A DNA stretch of 40,802 nt, from positions 1 through 40,802 of IMG/VR virus record IMGVR_UViG_3300025103_000055; one strand, 5' to 3'. The translations under genes and the position numbers were made by a program. Each line of letters opens with the position of its first letter. The first letter of the stretch is position 1. Below are positions 8,245-18,141 of the stretch, in pieces. This DNA is from a virus. Its lineage: Duplodnaviria > Caudoviricetes. The notes beneath the pieces were generated by a model, which ran no database searches, was not told where the DNA came from, and saw nothing but the letters and a program-made list of their open reading frames with translations.

Positions 8245-11200
8245 TATGCTAATCCTCTTTGTCTAAGACGTATTTGTTGTTCTTCAGGTGATAATAAAGC
8301 AAGTTCTGTTGGTGTCAACCCTTGAGATGTAATGTTCCCTGGAGCCTGAGGCTGTGGTTGTAGTATCTGGGCGCTAGGCATTGGTGTTTGTGGTAAAGGT
8401 AATGTTTGTACTTCTTCCAGTAAATAATCATTTAAATTTATACCTGCTTGATCTACATCTTCTAAATTAGGTGTGTATGCTAAACCACCTTGTGCAAATC
8501 TTTGGGGTTCTATATTTCTTTGATATGATCCATCTAATCTTAATCTATTCATATCTCTTCTCATTCTTAAAAGAGAAGGTAATGCTGTTTTAAATACATC
8601 ATAGGTTCCAAGATTTTTTGCTATCTCTCTAAATCTATCTCTAATATCTTCAGAAGGAAAATAAGATTCAAATCTTCCTCTTCTAAGATCATTAAAAGCA
8701 GATGTAGAAAATTGTCTATCAGAAAATTCTGTTTGTAGATTGTTTTTAGATACTCCTAAAATTTCAGCAGCATTAATATTTTTATGCATTTCTTTTTGAA
8801 CATTAAATCTTGCTTTATTTGATTCATAAAATCTTGAAATAATATCATTAGCTTTAATAGGTCCTCCTCTTAATAATCCAAATGCACCACCAGTAAATTC
8901 TCTTCTGGCATTTCTAATTCCTGTATTATATTCAGCAATTTTAAATCCCATTGATTTTAATGGATCTACGGTTATAGGTCTAAATCCTATTAATCCAGCT
9001 ATTTGATCATCTAAGTCTAATATTTTTCCTGATTTAGTTGGAGTCTGTGTAGCTGCCTGACCTATTCTTATGTATTGTCTATATGATGGAGCAAGAGCTT
9101 CCATTAAATGTCTAAACTTAATAGATACTCTATCACCTAAAGGTGTTTGATCTGTATATAAAAGTCTACCATCTCTAGTTCTACCACCTCTTCCAGGTAG
9201 TAATGGAAATAAATCTACATCTGCTGCAGCTTGAGTCCAGATAGATTCATCAATAAATGGTGCAGCCATTTCTGTAATTGCTTCATCAGCTCCTGTGATA
9301 AATCCTTTTAAAATAGTATCACCATCTTTTGTAGCATTCATAACTTCATTAGCTAAAACTCTAAATGGTCTACCTATTAAATCATATGCATTACTGTGAC
9401 TAAAATCTATGTATTTTAATTCACCTGTATTTTCATCTCTAATTGGAACTAATGTAGAATTTCTTGACCATTCAGGAACAAATTGTCTTAAAGCTTGTAT
9501 CTCATCTTCTGTAACATTGTATAAAGCTTTTGAACCTTCTACAACCATAGCCGGAACTGCATTTAAGGTAAATGCCATACCAGCAGCTCTAGTAGCACCA
9601 ATGCTATACATTGGATTATTATTTTTAACTAAACCTTTTCCTTCTATATAAACCATTGGAGATATATTACTTCCTCTAACTACTTCACCTGGACCCGGAA
9701 TATGTTTTAATTCTTTAATTGCTTGTTGGCCAATATTAACTGTTGATCTAATCATTTCAGATGGAAAAGACATAAAGTTACCAACTGGTAATAATCTTGC
9801 AGTTCTTACAACGTCTCCAACATAAGCGTAATTAGGAACAGTGTTTCTAACAATAGCTGCTGCTTCTTCTTTTAATTCTCTTGCAGTTTTATTAATACCT
9901 GCTTTTTTATAAGCATTTTCTCTTCTACTCATTTCAACAAAATAGTTTGTAATTTTCCAAAAATCATCTTCAGCTGTATACTTACCCTGTAAGTATTCAG
10001 GAACTTTTTTTAATTTAGAAAGCATTGGATTTAATACAGCATCTAGATCAGCTATCTTATCTCCAAAATTAATATCTTTCATCAAAGCTCTAAGGTCTCC
10101 TATTTGAACTTGTGAGTTTACCACACCTAATTCTAATAATTCTCTGTATGCATCTTCAAATTCTACACTTTTATATCTAGTATTTTTTAAATTACCTACA
10201 CCAGATATTTCCCAACCTCTTCTAAATGCATCTCCTAACATTTTAGGATTTCTAAAACCTTGAAATAAAATTCCATTTGCTGATGCAAATGCACCGGCAC
10301 TAATAATATTACGTAAGTGTGTAGGTATAGAAAACACTGTTTTAGCTAACTGTGATGCTGCTTTTGGAAATAATAATAAATTTCTATATAAAAAACTTGC
10401 ACCTTTTTCAGCAGCAGTTGCACCTTCTTTACCTCTAACTGCAGCGGTAAAATAACCTTCGGTTAAATTATTTGCTTGTTCTAATGCATCAGCAATGGGC
10501 TTTGTAGTAAATCTACCAACTAATGGATTTGCTATTTGACCTGCTTTAAATGTAGCTAAATCTTTTAATTTATCTTTTTTACCTATTTCTATAATTTCTA
10601 CAACACCATTAGTAGCAGCTCTTGCTTCTTCTGCTGTTTTCCAAAAACTTCCTACTCCTCCTTGAGATTGAATTAAATCATTTTCATCAATCATTTGTTT
10701 TAACATAGCACTATTTCTAGCCATACCAGATAATTGTGTTACTGCATTAAATACAGAATATCTAGGATCTTTCATTTCTCCTAAAAGTTTTCTTATTTCT
10801 ACTGCAGGTCCTTTAGTTTCATCAATTATATTTTTTATAAATTTTTCATCTTTACCAAAACCTTCTAATGTTTTTTTAATATAAGATGGATCTACTAATC
10901 CTTTACTAGATTTTCTAGTCTTAACTGCATCCTCTAAAATTTTATCTACAATATTTCTTGCTTCTTGATAGAAAGGTTTAATATCAGCGGTTCCTCTAGT
11001 TTCAGCTAACTGTCTTTGAAAAAGTTTAGTAGCTCCTTCTTTTACTTCTTCAGTAGGTTTATATCTACCAAAAATTCCTAGAAAAGGAGCATCTTCAAAT
11101 ATTTTATATGTATTTTTTACAGATGATTTTATTCTATCTTGTAAAATAGCTTTTAATTCTGGTGCATTATATTTATTAGTTGTATCAATTAAATTTTTAA

Positions 11201-12269
11201 AAGTAGATCTTGCATCATCTACTGTATTAAAAAGTTGACCTAATACCTCATCACTAACACCTTTGTCTTTTAAAGATTTTGCAAATAAATCTACTTTTTG
11301 TGGATTAACAACTTTAGTTAAATCATCACTTAATATTAAATCATTAATTTCTTTATAAAAAGTTTCTTTTTCTTTACTACTTAAAGTTCTATCTAAAACT
11401 TTTTGCATTTCTGGAAATGCTTTTTGAATAGTTCTATCTAATCTTTTTACTAATTCAGTTGCTTTATTCATATCTGCAGATCTAAATCCTTCCATAACTT
11501 TTTGAGAACCAAATAAAGCTTTTGTTAAAGGTCCTTCAGGTGTAAATGCTTCTGCAAATTTATTTAAATATCTTTCAAATCTATTATTACTATAGGCAAG
11601 TTCTTTTCCTTTTTGTGCTAAAGCTTTAGCACTTTTACCTGCAGCAGCTACTACAGGTGTAAATAATAAAGACTCACTACTAAATTTTAATCTGTTCATT
11701 AATTTTCTAGTAGCATCTTCTCTTCCTTCTAATTCATCTGTATCTAATTGAGTAGGACCTCTATCAAACAAATCACCAAAAGTTCCTATTTTCTCTACAT
11801 CTGCAACAAAAAATTCACCTGCAGCTCCACCAAGTGCTCCTACAGCAAATCTTTGTGCACCTTCTTTTTCATTTAATTTAAATGCTTTCTCTGCACCTTT
11901 AACTACTTTTTTATCTCCTGAGCTAAATGATTTACCTAATTTTTTCTTTTTAAAATAATTAGTAGCTAACTTACTTCCTAATTTAAAACCTGCAGTACCT
12001 GGAATTCCAATTGAAGTTAATGCTTCTGTTAGTTTACCTATACCTTTTTGTTCTGCTATTTCTTCAAATGGATTTAATTTATCAAAAAATATTTCAACAT
12101 CTGCTGCTGTATTGGTATCAAAACCTAAATCAATTAATTCTGCGCCTAATGAAAATACACCTTCTGGAACTTTTATAATACCTGATGCTATACCTGATAA
12201 ACCTGAAGTATACCAAGAAACTTCATTGCTCTCTTCCGCAGGGAACATTGGTTTAAATTCTTCAGCCAT
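8244..12269 (-). CDS. Large internal virion / DNA-ejection protein (putative)
   Basis: 1341 aa, helical character, last of a series of genes in the position podoviruses use for ejectosome proteins. RFAQGG motif near the C-terminus. Confidence 0.6.
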   Translation of the reverse strand: MAEEFKPMFPAEESNEVSWYTSGLSGIASGIIKVPEGVFSLGAELIDLGFDTNTAADVEIFFDKLNPFEEIAEQKGIGKLTEALTSIGIPGTAGFKLGSKLATNYFKKKKLGKSFSSGDKKVVKGAEKAFKLNEKEGAQRFAVGALGGAAGEFFVADVEKIGTFGDLFDRGPTQLDTDELEGREDATRKLMNRLKFSSESLLFTPVVAAAGKSAKALAQKGKELAYSNNRFERYLNKFAEAFTPEGPLTKALFGSQKVMEGFRSADMNKATELVKRLDRTIQKAFPEMQKVLDRTLSSKEKETFYKEINDLILSDDLTKVVNPQKVDLFAKSLKDKGVSDEVLGQLFNTVDDARSTFKNLIDTTNKYNAPELKAILQDRIKSSVKNTYKIFEDAPFLGIFGRYKPTEEVKEGATKLFQRQLAETRGTADIKPFYQEARNIVDKILEDAVKTRKSSKGLVDPSYIKKTLEGFGKDEKFIKNIIDETKGPAVEIRKLLGEMKDPRYSVFNAVTQLSGMARNSAMLKQMIDENDLIQSQGGVGSFWKTAEEARAATNGVVEIIEIGKKDKLKDLATFKAGQIANPLVGRFTTKPIADALEQANNLTEGYFTAAVRGKEGATAAEKGASFLYRNLLLFPKAASQLAKTVFSIPTHLRNIISAGAFASANGILFQGFRNPKMLGDAFRRGWEISGVGNLKNTRYKSVEFEDAYRELLELGVVNSQVQIGDLRALMKDINFGDKIADLDAVLNPMLSKLKKVPEYLQGKYTAEDDFWKITNYFVEMSRRENAYKKAGINKTARELKEEAAAIVRNTVPNYAYVGDVVRTARLLPVGNFMSFPSEMIRSTVNIGQQAIKELKHIPGPGEVVRGSNISPMVYIEGKGLVKNNNPMYSIGATRAAGMAFTLNAVPAMVVEGSKALYNVTEDEIQALRQFVPEWSRNSTLVPIRDENTGELKYIDFSHSNAYDLIGRPFRVLANEVMNATKDGDTILKGFITGADEAITEMAAPFIDESIWTQAAADVDLFPLLPGRGGRTRDGRLLYTDQTPLGDRVSIKFRHLMEALAPSYRQYIRIGQAATQTPTKSGKILDLDDQIAGLIGFRPITVDPLKSMGFKIAEYNTGIRNARREFTGGAFGLLRGGPIKANDIISRFYESNKARFNVQKEMHKNINAAEILGVSKNNLQTEFSDRQFSTSAFNDLRRGRFESYFPSEDIRDRFREIAKNLGTYDVFKTALPSLLRMRRDMNRLRLDGSYQRNIEPQRFAQGGLAYTPNLEDVDQAGINLNDYLLEEVQTLPLPQTPMPSAQILQPQPQAPGNITSQGLTPTELALLSPEEQQIRLRQRGLA

Positions 12270-12274
12270 TTAAC

Positions 12275-13399
12275 CTACAATCCTATATCGAATGCGTCTT
12301 TTTGATTTTCTCTTAAATCTTTTATTTTTTTCTTTACTACTGGAGTAATTACATCTGGTTTTGTTTCTTGTCCAAATAAACCTACAGATGGTTCTTCTAT
12401 TACTTTAGTATCAGTTCCTGTTCCTTCAACTCCCCCTAGGTTAATAGATTCTATAGTAGCATATTCTATAGGCTGTCCTATTTTTCCATCTTCATATATA
12501 ATTTTTTTATAATTACCTGCATATGGATCATAAACATATGTTCCATTTAATTCTTCAATAATTTTTCTATTAGCTTTTGCTTCTGCAGGATCATTAATAT
12601 TAAAACTTAATACACCATTTCCTTTTACTCTACCTTGTCCTACTTTATTTCTTAAATCATCTGCATCATTAAATTTAAAATCTGTTGCTCTTTTTGCTAC
12701 AGTAGGTTGACCATCAAACTCTTTCATATCTAATTCTAGTTGAACTAGATATTCTGGAGATCTTTTTACTTCTTGATTTTCTTGTTTAATTCTCTCAATA
12801 TCTTTTCTACCTTCAATTTCTCTATCTAAACGCTTCATTAATTCTTTTTGTTCTTCTCTTGATCTAAATAATAAAGCTTCTTGTTCTGCTTTACTTAAAT
12901 CTCTATCTAACACTGCTTTTGCTTTTGCCATATCTGATTTAAATTTTTGATCTGCTTCTGTAGCAATCATTTGATTTCTTTGAGCTATAGATGCACCTGT
13001 TGCGTCAACTCTAATACCTCTTTGAAATTTATCTTCATCTGCTTTTTCTTTAAGTAAAGCTTGAACCGGTTTTTCTGTTGCTGCAATTAAATTAGCAATA
13101 GTTCCACCACCTCTATCTTCTACAGCTGCTGATGGTCCATATGATAATAAGAAACTTGTTAATGGATCAAATCCACCTCTATCTCCAGCTGCTTCTAATA
13201 AAGCTTCTGTGCTTTCTGCAGTTAAATCTTTTAGACTAGGTATAGTTCTTCCTTGGTATGGAGTGTTAAATGAATATTGATCTGTTCCACCTACAAAAGG
13301 ATCTTCAGCATGATTAGTTCTATCTACAATACCGGTCATAATGCCATCTCCGACATTACCGCCTTTTCTAAACATTGGTCTTCTAAATATTTTGCTCAT
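12275..13399 (-). CDS. Putative internal virion / ejection protein
   Basis: 374 aa, begins MSKIFRRPMFRKGG, central coiled coil. Called from gene position. Confidence 0.55.
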   Translation of the reverse strand: MSKIFRRPMFRKGGNVGDGIMTGIVDRTNHAEDPFVGGTDQYSFNTPYQGRTIPSLKDLTAESTEALLEAAGDRGGFDPLTSFLLSYGPSAAVEDRGGGTIANLIAATEKPVQALLKEKADEDKFQRGIRVDATGASIAQRNQMIATEADQKFKSDMAKAKAVLDRDLSKAEQEALLFRSREEQKELMKRLDREIEGRKDIERIKQENQEVKRSPEYLVQLELDMKEFDGQPTVAKRATDFKFNDADDLRNKVGQGRVKGNGVLSFNINDPAEAKANRKIIEELNGTYVYDPYAGNYKKIIYEDGKIGQPIEYATIESINLGGVEGTGTDTKVIEEPSVGLFGQETKPDVITPVVKKKIKDLRENQKDAFDIGL

Positions 13400-13400
13400 A

Positions 13401-14225
13401 TTAAACTGTTGGTGGTCTAAACGCTCTATACAAACCTGCTAGTGTAGCACCGGCACTTATACCTGTTTGAACATTACTTGGTCCTGATGTTGGTTGAACT
13501 GTTTGAGAAGTTCCTCCAGGGTATCCAGAAATTAAACTAGCAATACCAGAACCATATTGTTGAGCTGCTGTTAATGGTTGATTTAATTGTGCTTGTAATA
13601 ATTGTTGTTGAGCGCTTAACTGTTGCTGTTGTTGAGCTTGGTTAATGCCACCTAATGTAGATAAAGCTCCAACATCTTGACCTAAGAAACCTTGTTGTGC
13701 TTGACCTAAATTTAATTGATTAGCAATATTTTGTTGAGCTAATTGTTGAGCTTGACCAAAACCTTGTTGTAATAATTGTGCTTGTAATGCTGCTCTGTTT
13801 CTATCTGAAGCTTGTTGATACTCTGCTCTTTGTACACCTTCACGACCACCACCAAATGCACCAGCATTAATAGCTTGTGCTGCTAATGCGGGTATTCCTT
13901 TTTGTGCTTGTACATCAAACTGTTGTAAAGTTGTATCAATTATATCTTGTTGATATGGAGACATAAAAGCTTGATAGCCAGTAGGTCCACTTGAAGCTTG
14001 AGCTGCTTGAAGAAAAGGTTGATAACCACCTATACCTGCAAGTGCTGTTGTTTGAGCTTGAGCTTGTAAAGGATCTTGACCAGCAACAAACTGTTGACCC
14101 ATAACTTGAGATAAGTCAGCGCCTTTAAATTGACCAACTGCTTTTTGTAAATCTGTTAAATAAGTTTTACCGGCAGCTTCTATAAACTCCGGTGGTTGAT
14201 TTATTTGTGTAATCGTTTCAGCCAT
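13401..14225 (-). CDS. Gln/Ala/Gly-rich putative DNA-pilot / ejection protein
   Basis: YMSPY-like FMSPYQQDIID and AGAFGGGR motifs, poly-Q stretches and a hydrophobic C-terminal segment, like podovirus DNA-transfer proteins. Confidence 0.6.
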   Translation of the reverse strand: MAETITQINQPPEFIEAAGKTYLTDLQKAVGQFKGADLSQVMGQQFVAGQDPLQAQAQTTALAGIGGYQPFLQAAQASSGPTGYQAFMSPYQQDIIDTTLQQFDVQAQKGIPALAAQAINAGAFGGGREGVQRAEYQQASDRNRAALQAQLLQQGFGQAQQLAQQNIANQLNLGQAQQGFLGQDVGALSTLGGINQAQQQQQLSAQQQLLQAQLNQPLTAAQQYGSGIASLISGYPGGTSQTVQPTSGPSNVQTGISAGATLAGLYRAFRPPTV

Positions 14226-15175
14226 TATACTCTTCCACCTTTTTCTAATTTTTTCATCATATCGTACATACGTTGTGCACCTTTATTAACGTTTCCGTCA
14301 CCCATTCCTCTTACAGCATCAGCTGTAAATACGAATTCATTGTTTGCTAACATCGCAGGGATGTCATCTGCCTTTTCTTTTACACCAACTGGAGGAATAA
14401 ATCCACCTGTTTCTCTAAGATCTAATTCTGTAACCCCTGCAGGGTTTTGATTTAATGGTAGATTCATGATGCCGGCTGCTTCTATAGCGTTTTGTTCTGG
14501 TTTATTTCCAAAAGCATAACCTATTCTACCACCATTAGCTGCCATTGTTTTCTGTTCAGCTACTTTCTGTCTACGTTTATTTTCTAAAAACTCTTTATAA
14601 AGTTGTTCAGCATTTTGTTTCTTATTAAATTCTTCTCTACCTTTTAGATATTCTTCAAACTCTGTTCCACCTGCATAACCTATTCTACCACCATTAGCAT
14701 ATCCACCTTGACCTGCTGAATACTCAGCAACATCTGATTCTACTAATGCAGGAATCTCATCTTCTGAATAGTTTAAATTTCTATATCCTTTTTCTAAATA
14801 ACTTCTTAGAGCATTAACATCTCTAGTTGCTGCAACTGCTTCTTCATCACCACTTTCTACTGCTGAAGCTAGTCCACCTAATAAACTACCTCCTGCAAAC
14901 ATAGCTGCAGTTTTACCTAAACTTGCATCACCTTTAAAAAAATCTTTTACTCCTGTAAAACTAGGTAAACCTTTACTACCTAAAAAACCCATACCTCTTT
15001 GTAATAAAGTTTGTCCTCCAAAAGGAACAAAAGAAGCAATAGCTGCTAAACCTAAAGGAGACTTAGCTGCTTTAGCTACACCTTTAACAGCGCCTTTAAT
15101 TCCTTTAGTAACTGATTTAACTAGGCTTCCTAAGCCGTATAATTGTCTTGGTTGTAATCCTCGTGATATTGCCAT
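14225..15175 (-). CDS. Putative internal virion protein with repeated ANGGRIGYA motifs and a C-terminal DDIPAML..NEFVFTA domain
   Basis: 316-aa ORF. Motifs read directly from the translation. Confidence 0.7.
   Translation of the reverse strand: MAISRGLQPRQLYGLGSLVKSVTKGIKGAVKGVAKAAKSPLGLAAIASFVPFGGQTLLQRGMGFLGSKGLPSFTGVKDFFKGDASLGKTAAMFAGGSLLGGLASAVESGDEEAVAATRDVNALRSYLEKGYRNLNYSEDEIPALVESDVAEYSAGQGGYANGGRIGYAGGTEFEEYLKGREEFNKKQNAEQLYKEFLENKRRQKVAEQKTMAANGGRIGYAFGNKPEQNAIEAAGIMNLPLNQNPAGVTELDLRETGGFIPPVGVKEKADDIPAMLANNEFVFTADAVRGMGDGNVNKGAQRMYDMMKKLEKGGRV
14514..14698. repeat. Perfect 26-bp direct repeat GCATAACCTATTCTACCACCATTAGC (two copies, 159 nt apart)
   Basis: Copies at 14514-14539 and 14673-14698, both encoding ANGGRIGYA. 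Confidence 0.92.
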
Positions 15176-15230
15176 AATTTAAATATATTTATACTGTTGA
15201 GCAGGCATAGAATCCTGTAAATATAATACT

Positions 15231-16151
15231 TTATTTGATTTTTTCGCTATCGTCAACAGATTTTGCTTGTTCTAATAGATCAAAGAATCGACCACAGTAT
15301 TGATGATCTCCAACGTGAGTTATGTAATCCATAGCATAGATATGTATTTCTCCTCCCATATCTGTCCATCTTTGACAAAAACCAAAATCTTCACCAAAAT
15401 ATCTCTTAGTTTCTACATCATGTAATGTATCAAATAAATTGTAAAAGTTTTCTTTTTTAACTTCTTTACCATTAATAACAGTAGGTTGATATATCTCTAG
15501 TTCTGGATGATGTTTAATCATATCTTCAATAACTTTTCTTTTAATTAGCATACATCCTGTAGGAGCATGAGTTACTTTAATAACTCCATTTTCCATAGTC
15601 ATTTCATTTTCTTTAATCTTAATAGGAAATACATGACCTGCTTTTAATACATCATCAGGAGTTTTAACCATATTGGTTTCTTTTATCTTTCTCCACATTT
15701 TATCTGTATCAAATGTTTTCATTGGATATGGACAAGAGATAACATCTTTATCTGCACCTATCATTTTGTATATAGTTTTAGAATTAAAATCTATATCTGA
15801 GTCTATAAACAATAAATAATCATAATGGTCTTTATGATTTAAAAATTCTGCTACACATAAGTTTCTACCTTGTGTAACCAATGATGATTTAAGTAATGTA
15901 AAACTAACTAGTATACCTTGTTGCATACAGTCTAATTGAAACTTTAATACAGCTTGAGTGTAATGCATAGACACTTCACTATGACAAGGAGTACAAACCA
16001 TTATCTTTGCTTTTGGTTTATCTAAAATATCTCCTATGTTAATAGTTCTAACGTTTGAGTTTACCTGTTCTATTTTTTCTGTTTGGTAAGTATCTTCATT
16101 AGCAGTTGTTTTCTTTTTTTCAGAAAACCATATGGGTTCATTATTTTGCAT
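15231..16151 (-). CDS. GT-A fold glycosyltransferase (GT2-like)
   Basis: IMVCTPC, SLVTQGRN, YLLFIDSDI (DxD), TGCMLIKR, GEDFGFC, H.G. Confidence 0.8.
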   Translation of the reverse strand: MQNNEPIWFSEKKKTTANEDTYQTEKIEQVNSNVRTINIGDILDKPKAKIMVCTPCHSEVSMHYTQAVLKFQLDCMQQGILVSFTLLKSSLVTQGRNLCVAEFLNHKDHYDYLLFIDSDIDFNSKTIYKMIGADKDVISCPYPMKTFDTDKMWRKIKETNMVKTPDDVLKAGHVFPIKIKENEMTMENGVIKVTHAPTGCMLIKRKVIEDMIKHHPELEIYQPTVINGKEVKKENFYNLFDTLHDVETKRYFGEDFGFCQRWTDMGGEIHIYAMDYITHVGDHQYCGRFFDLLEQAKSVDDSEKIK

Positions 16152-17079
16152 TTAGTGCTCCTCTCAAAAATCTTGTCCATGCTTGTCCTTTTGCTCCCCA
16201 ATCATAAAATCTATTTACATAATTTTGTTGCATCTTTAAATGATCCTGGATGCCTGAATCATGAAGCATATCTGCCGAAGCTTCTATAGCTGCAGCAAAC
16301 TTTCTAGCTAAACTTTTATAATCATTTGAGTAAGGTACATACATTGGAAACTCTGCACCTGTTTCGTATAGCGCACCAAAGTTGGTCGTAATACAGTATA
16401 GACCTGCTGACATAGATTCTAATAATGAGATACAAGATGTTTCTTCCCAAATACTTGGGTATACAAACATTCTATAATCTTTTAAATTTTCTTTAATATA
16501 TTCATTTGGCTTGTAGCCAATATAATTTACATTAGGTAGTTGTCTTGCTTGTTCATATAAAGCTTTATATGATTCATCATTAGCTTCAGCAAAATCTTTT
16601 CCATATACTTCACAAGAAGAATAAACATCTAAACTAATTAATGGATTCTTAACTAATTGCATTGCACCTAACAATACAGATAAACCTCTCCAAGGTGTAC
16701 AGTGATGTATTATTTTTATAGGATCACCTTTTTTATATTGTGTTATAACCGGTTGTACTTCTTCAATACCATTTTTAATGACTGCACATTTCTCTCTAGG
16801 TAAATCAAATCTTTTTGTAAACTGTTCAAAGTTCCAATTAGAATTAAATATATACCAATCATATTTATCATGATTTGATTTATCACTGAACCAGGGTTGT
16901 AAATTAGGTTGATCCCAAGAATTTTTTTGCCAAAGAATATTTAGCTTAGTTGGATGTAAAGGTACTTTACCTGGAACTGATGTACAAATTTCTACTTGAT
17001 TAAGTAAGCTAGGTTCTACATGCTTTCTTAAATATTCAAATTGTAATTCTGTTCCGCCTCTAGGGTTTTGGTTTGTCAT
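16141..17079 (-). CDS. GT-B fold glycosyltransferase (GT4 / group 1)
   Basis: GGTE, IKNGI, PWRGL, FVYPSIWEETSCISLLESMSAG (Ex7E), GALYET. Confidence 0.88.
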   Translation of the reverse strand: MTNQNPRGGTELQFEYLRKHVEPSLLNQVEICTSVPGKVPLHPTKLNILWQKNSWDQPNLQPWFSDKSNHDKYDWYIFNSNWNFEQFTKRFDLPREKCAVIKNGIEEVQPVITQYKKGDPIKIIHHCTPWRGLSVLLGAMQLVKNPLISLDVYSSCEVYGKDFAEANDESYKALYEQARQLPNVNYIGYKPNEYIKENLKDYRMFVYPSIWEETSCISLLESMSAGLYCITTNFGALYETGAEFPMYVPYSNDYKSLARKFAAAIEASADMLHDSGIQDHLKMQQNYVNRFYDWGAKGQAWTRFLRGALNAK

Positions 17080-17566
17080 TTAATATTCTTTCTATAATTT
17101 TATATGAAGTAATAACTTCAGGAGTGGTAGCATAATCAGGACTACAACATATAAATATTACATCAAATTTTTTTTGTTTTATATAATTAATATTGTTATC
17201 AAAATTAAAAGATTTTAAATTTTTAAGATCTCCAAGATTTATGTGAGAAGAATTTGGATTAGATATCCATGTATAGTTAATTTTTTCTTTAAATACATTT
17301 GATAAATGAAATAGCCAATTTCCTTCATTTAAAACATCTAAATTTTTACCGTAATGAAAGTCATGATGATGGTCTATATTTATTAAATTATATTCATCAT
17401 AACCATGAACAAATAATGGATATATATCTTTATGAGAGTATGCTATTTTTATATTTGTGTGATCGTAAATTAAAGGTATTATAAAACTTAATAGTTCTTC
17501 TTGTTGTTTTAAATTTGTTATCCAATCACAATCTATCGATAAAATATTAAGTTTTTTTGTTGTCAT
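17060..17566 (-). CDS. Arginase/deacetylase-fold-like hypothetical protein (UPF0489-like)
   Basis: LSIDCDW, SH, NIDHHHD, NEGNW and IFICCSPDY motifs. Confidence 0.55.
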   Translation of the reverse strand: MTTKKLNILSIDCDWITNLKQQEELLSFIIPLIYDHTNIKIAYSHKDIYPLFVHGYDEYNLINIDHHHDFHYGKNLDVLNEGNWLFHLSNVFKEKINYTWISNPNSSHINLGDLKNLKSFNFDNNINYIKQKKFDVIFICCSPDYATTPEVITSYKIIERILNDKPKP

Positions 17567-17813
17567 TACTTTGATTCATTACTTTCTGAAATACTTCAAG
17601 ACCTTTGTTAGTAATTTGAACTGTAACATCTTGTACAATATCAGGTCCTTCTACTTTCTCTTTAGATACTTCTCCTGTCTTGGTATTTCTGTATGTTGTT
17701 GTAGTTATACAATCTATTTTTGGTATATCATCATGTGTATGTGGAACATTTCCACCTTCATGAGAATGAGTAATACCATTATCGTGAGTATGTTCTAGTT
17801 TATCTTTATCCAT
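17547..17813 (-). CDS. Small protein with a His-rich N-terminus
   Basis: HTHDNGITHSHEGGNVPHTHDD followed by YRNTKTGEV. Overlaps both neighbours in operon fashion. Confidence 0.75.
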   Translation of the reverse strand: MDKDKLEHTHDNGITHSHEGGNVPHTHDDIPKIDCITTTTYRNTKTGEVSKEKVEGPDIVQDVTVQITNKGLEVFQKVMNQSNDNKKT

Positions 17814-18141
17814 TTTCTTGTGATCTATCTATCAAAAGATAACTTATTTGTCCAGTGATCTCGTTTGCTGTACCTGCTTGTAGTTTTAAAACATCTCCGC
17901 CTTCCATGTTTAAGGGTCCTTTTAACATATTAGATGTTTCTTTATTAAGTTCTTCATATGCAATTTTAATATCTGAACCACCTGCTTTTTTTAAAACTAC
18001 ATGAGTATCTACATTACTGGCTGTATCATGAACTGCTTGAACTGTTTTAACAATTGCAATAGCAGACGTACTAATCGTTAATGCTGTTGTTAAATTAGTT
18101 GTTATTAAATTAAATGCTTCGCTTTTATAAAAATTAGCCAC
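17806..18141 (-). CDS. Small beta-rich putative tail/virion protein
   Basis: 111 aa, MANFYK...PLNMEGGDVLKLQA. Called from position in the tail module. Confidence 0.65.
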   Translation of the reverse strand: MANFYKSEAFNLITTNLTTALTISTSAIAIVKTVQAVHDTASNVDTHVVLKKAGGSDIKIAYEELNKETSNMLKGPLNMEGGDVLKLQAGTANEITGQISYLLIDRSQENG

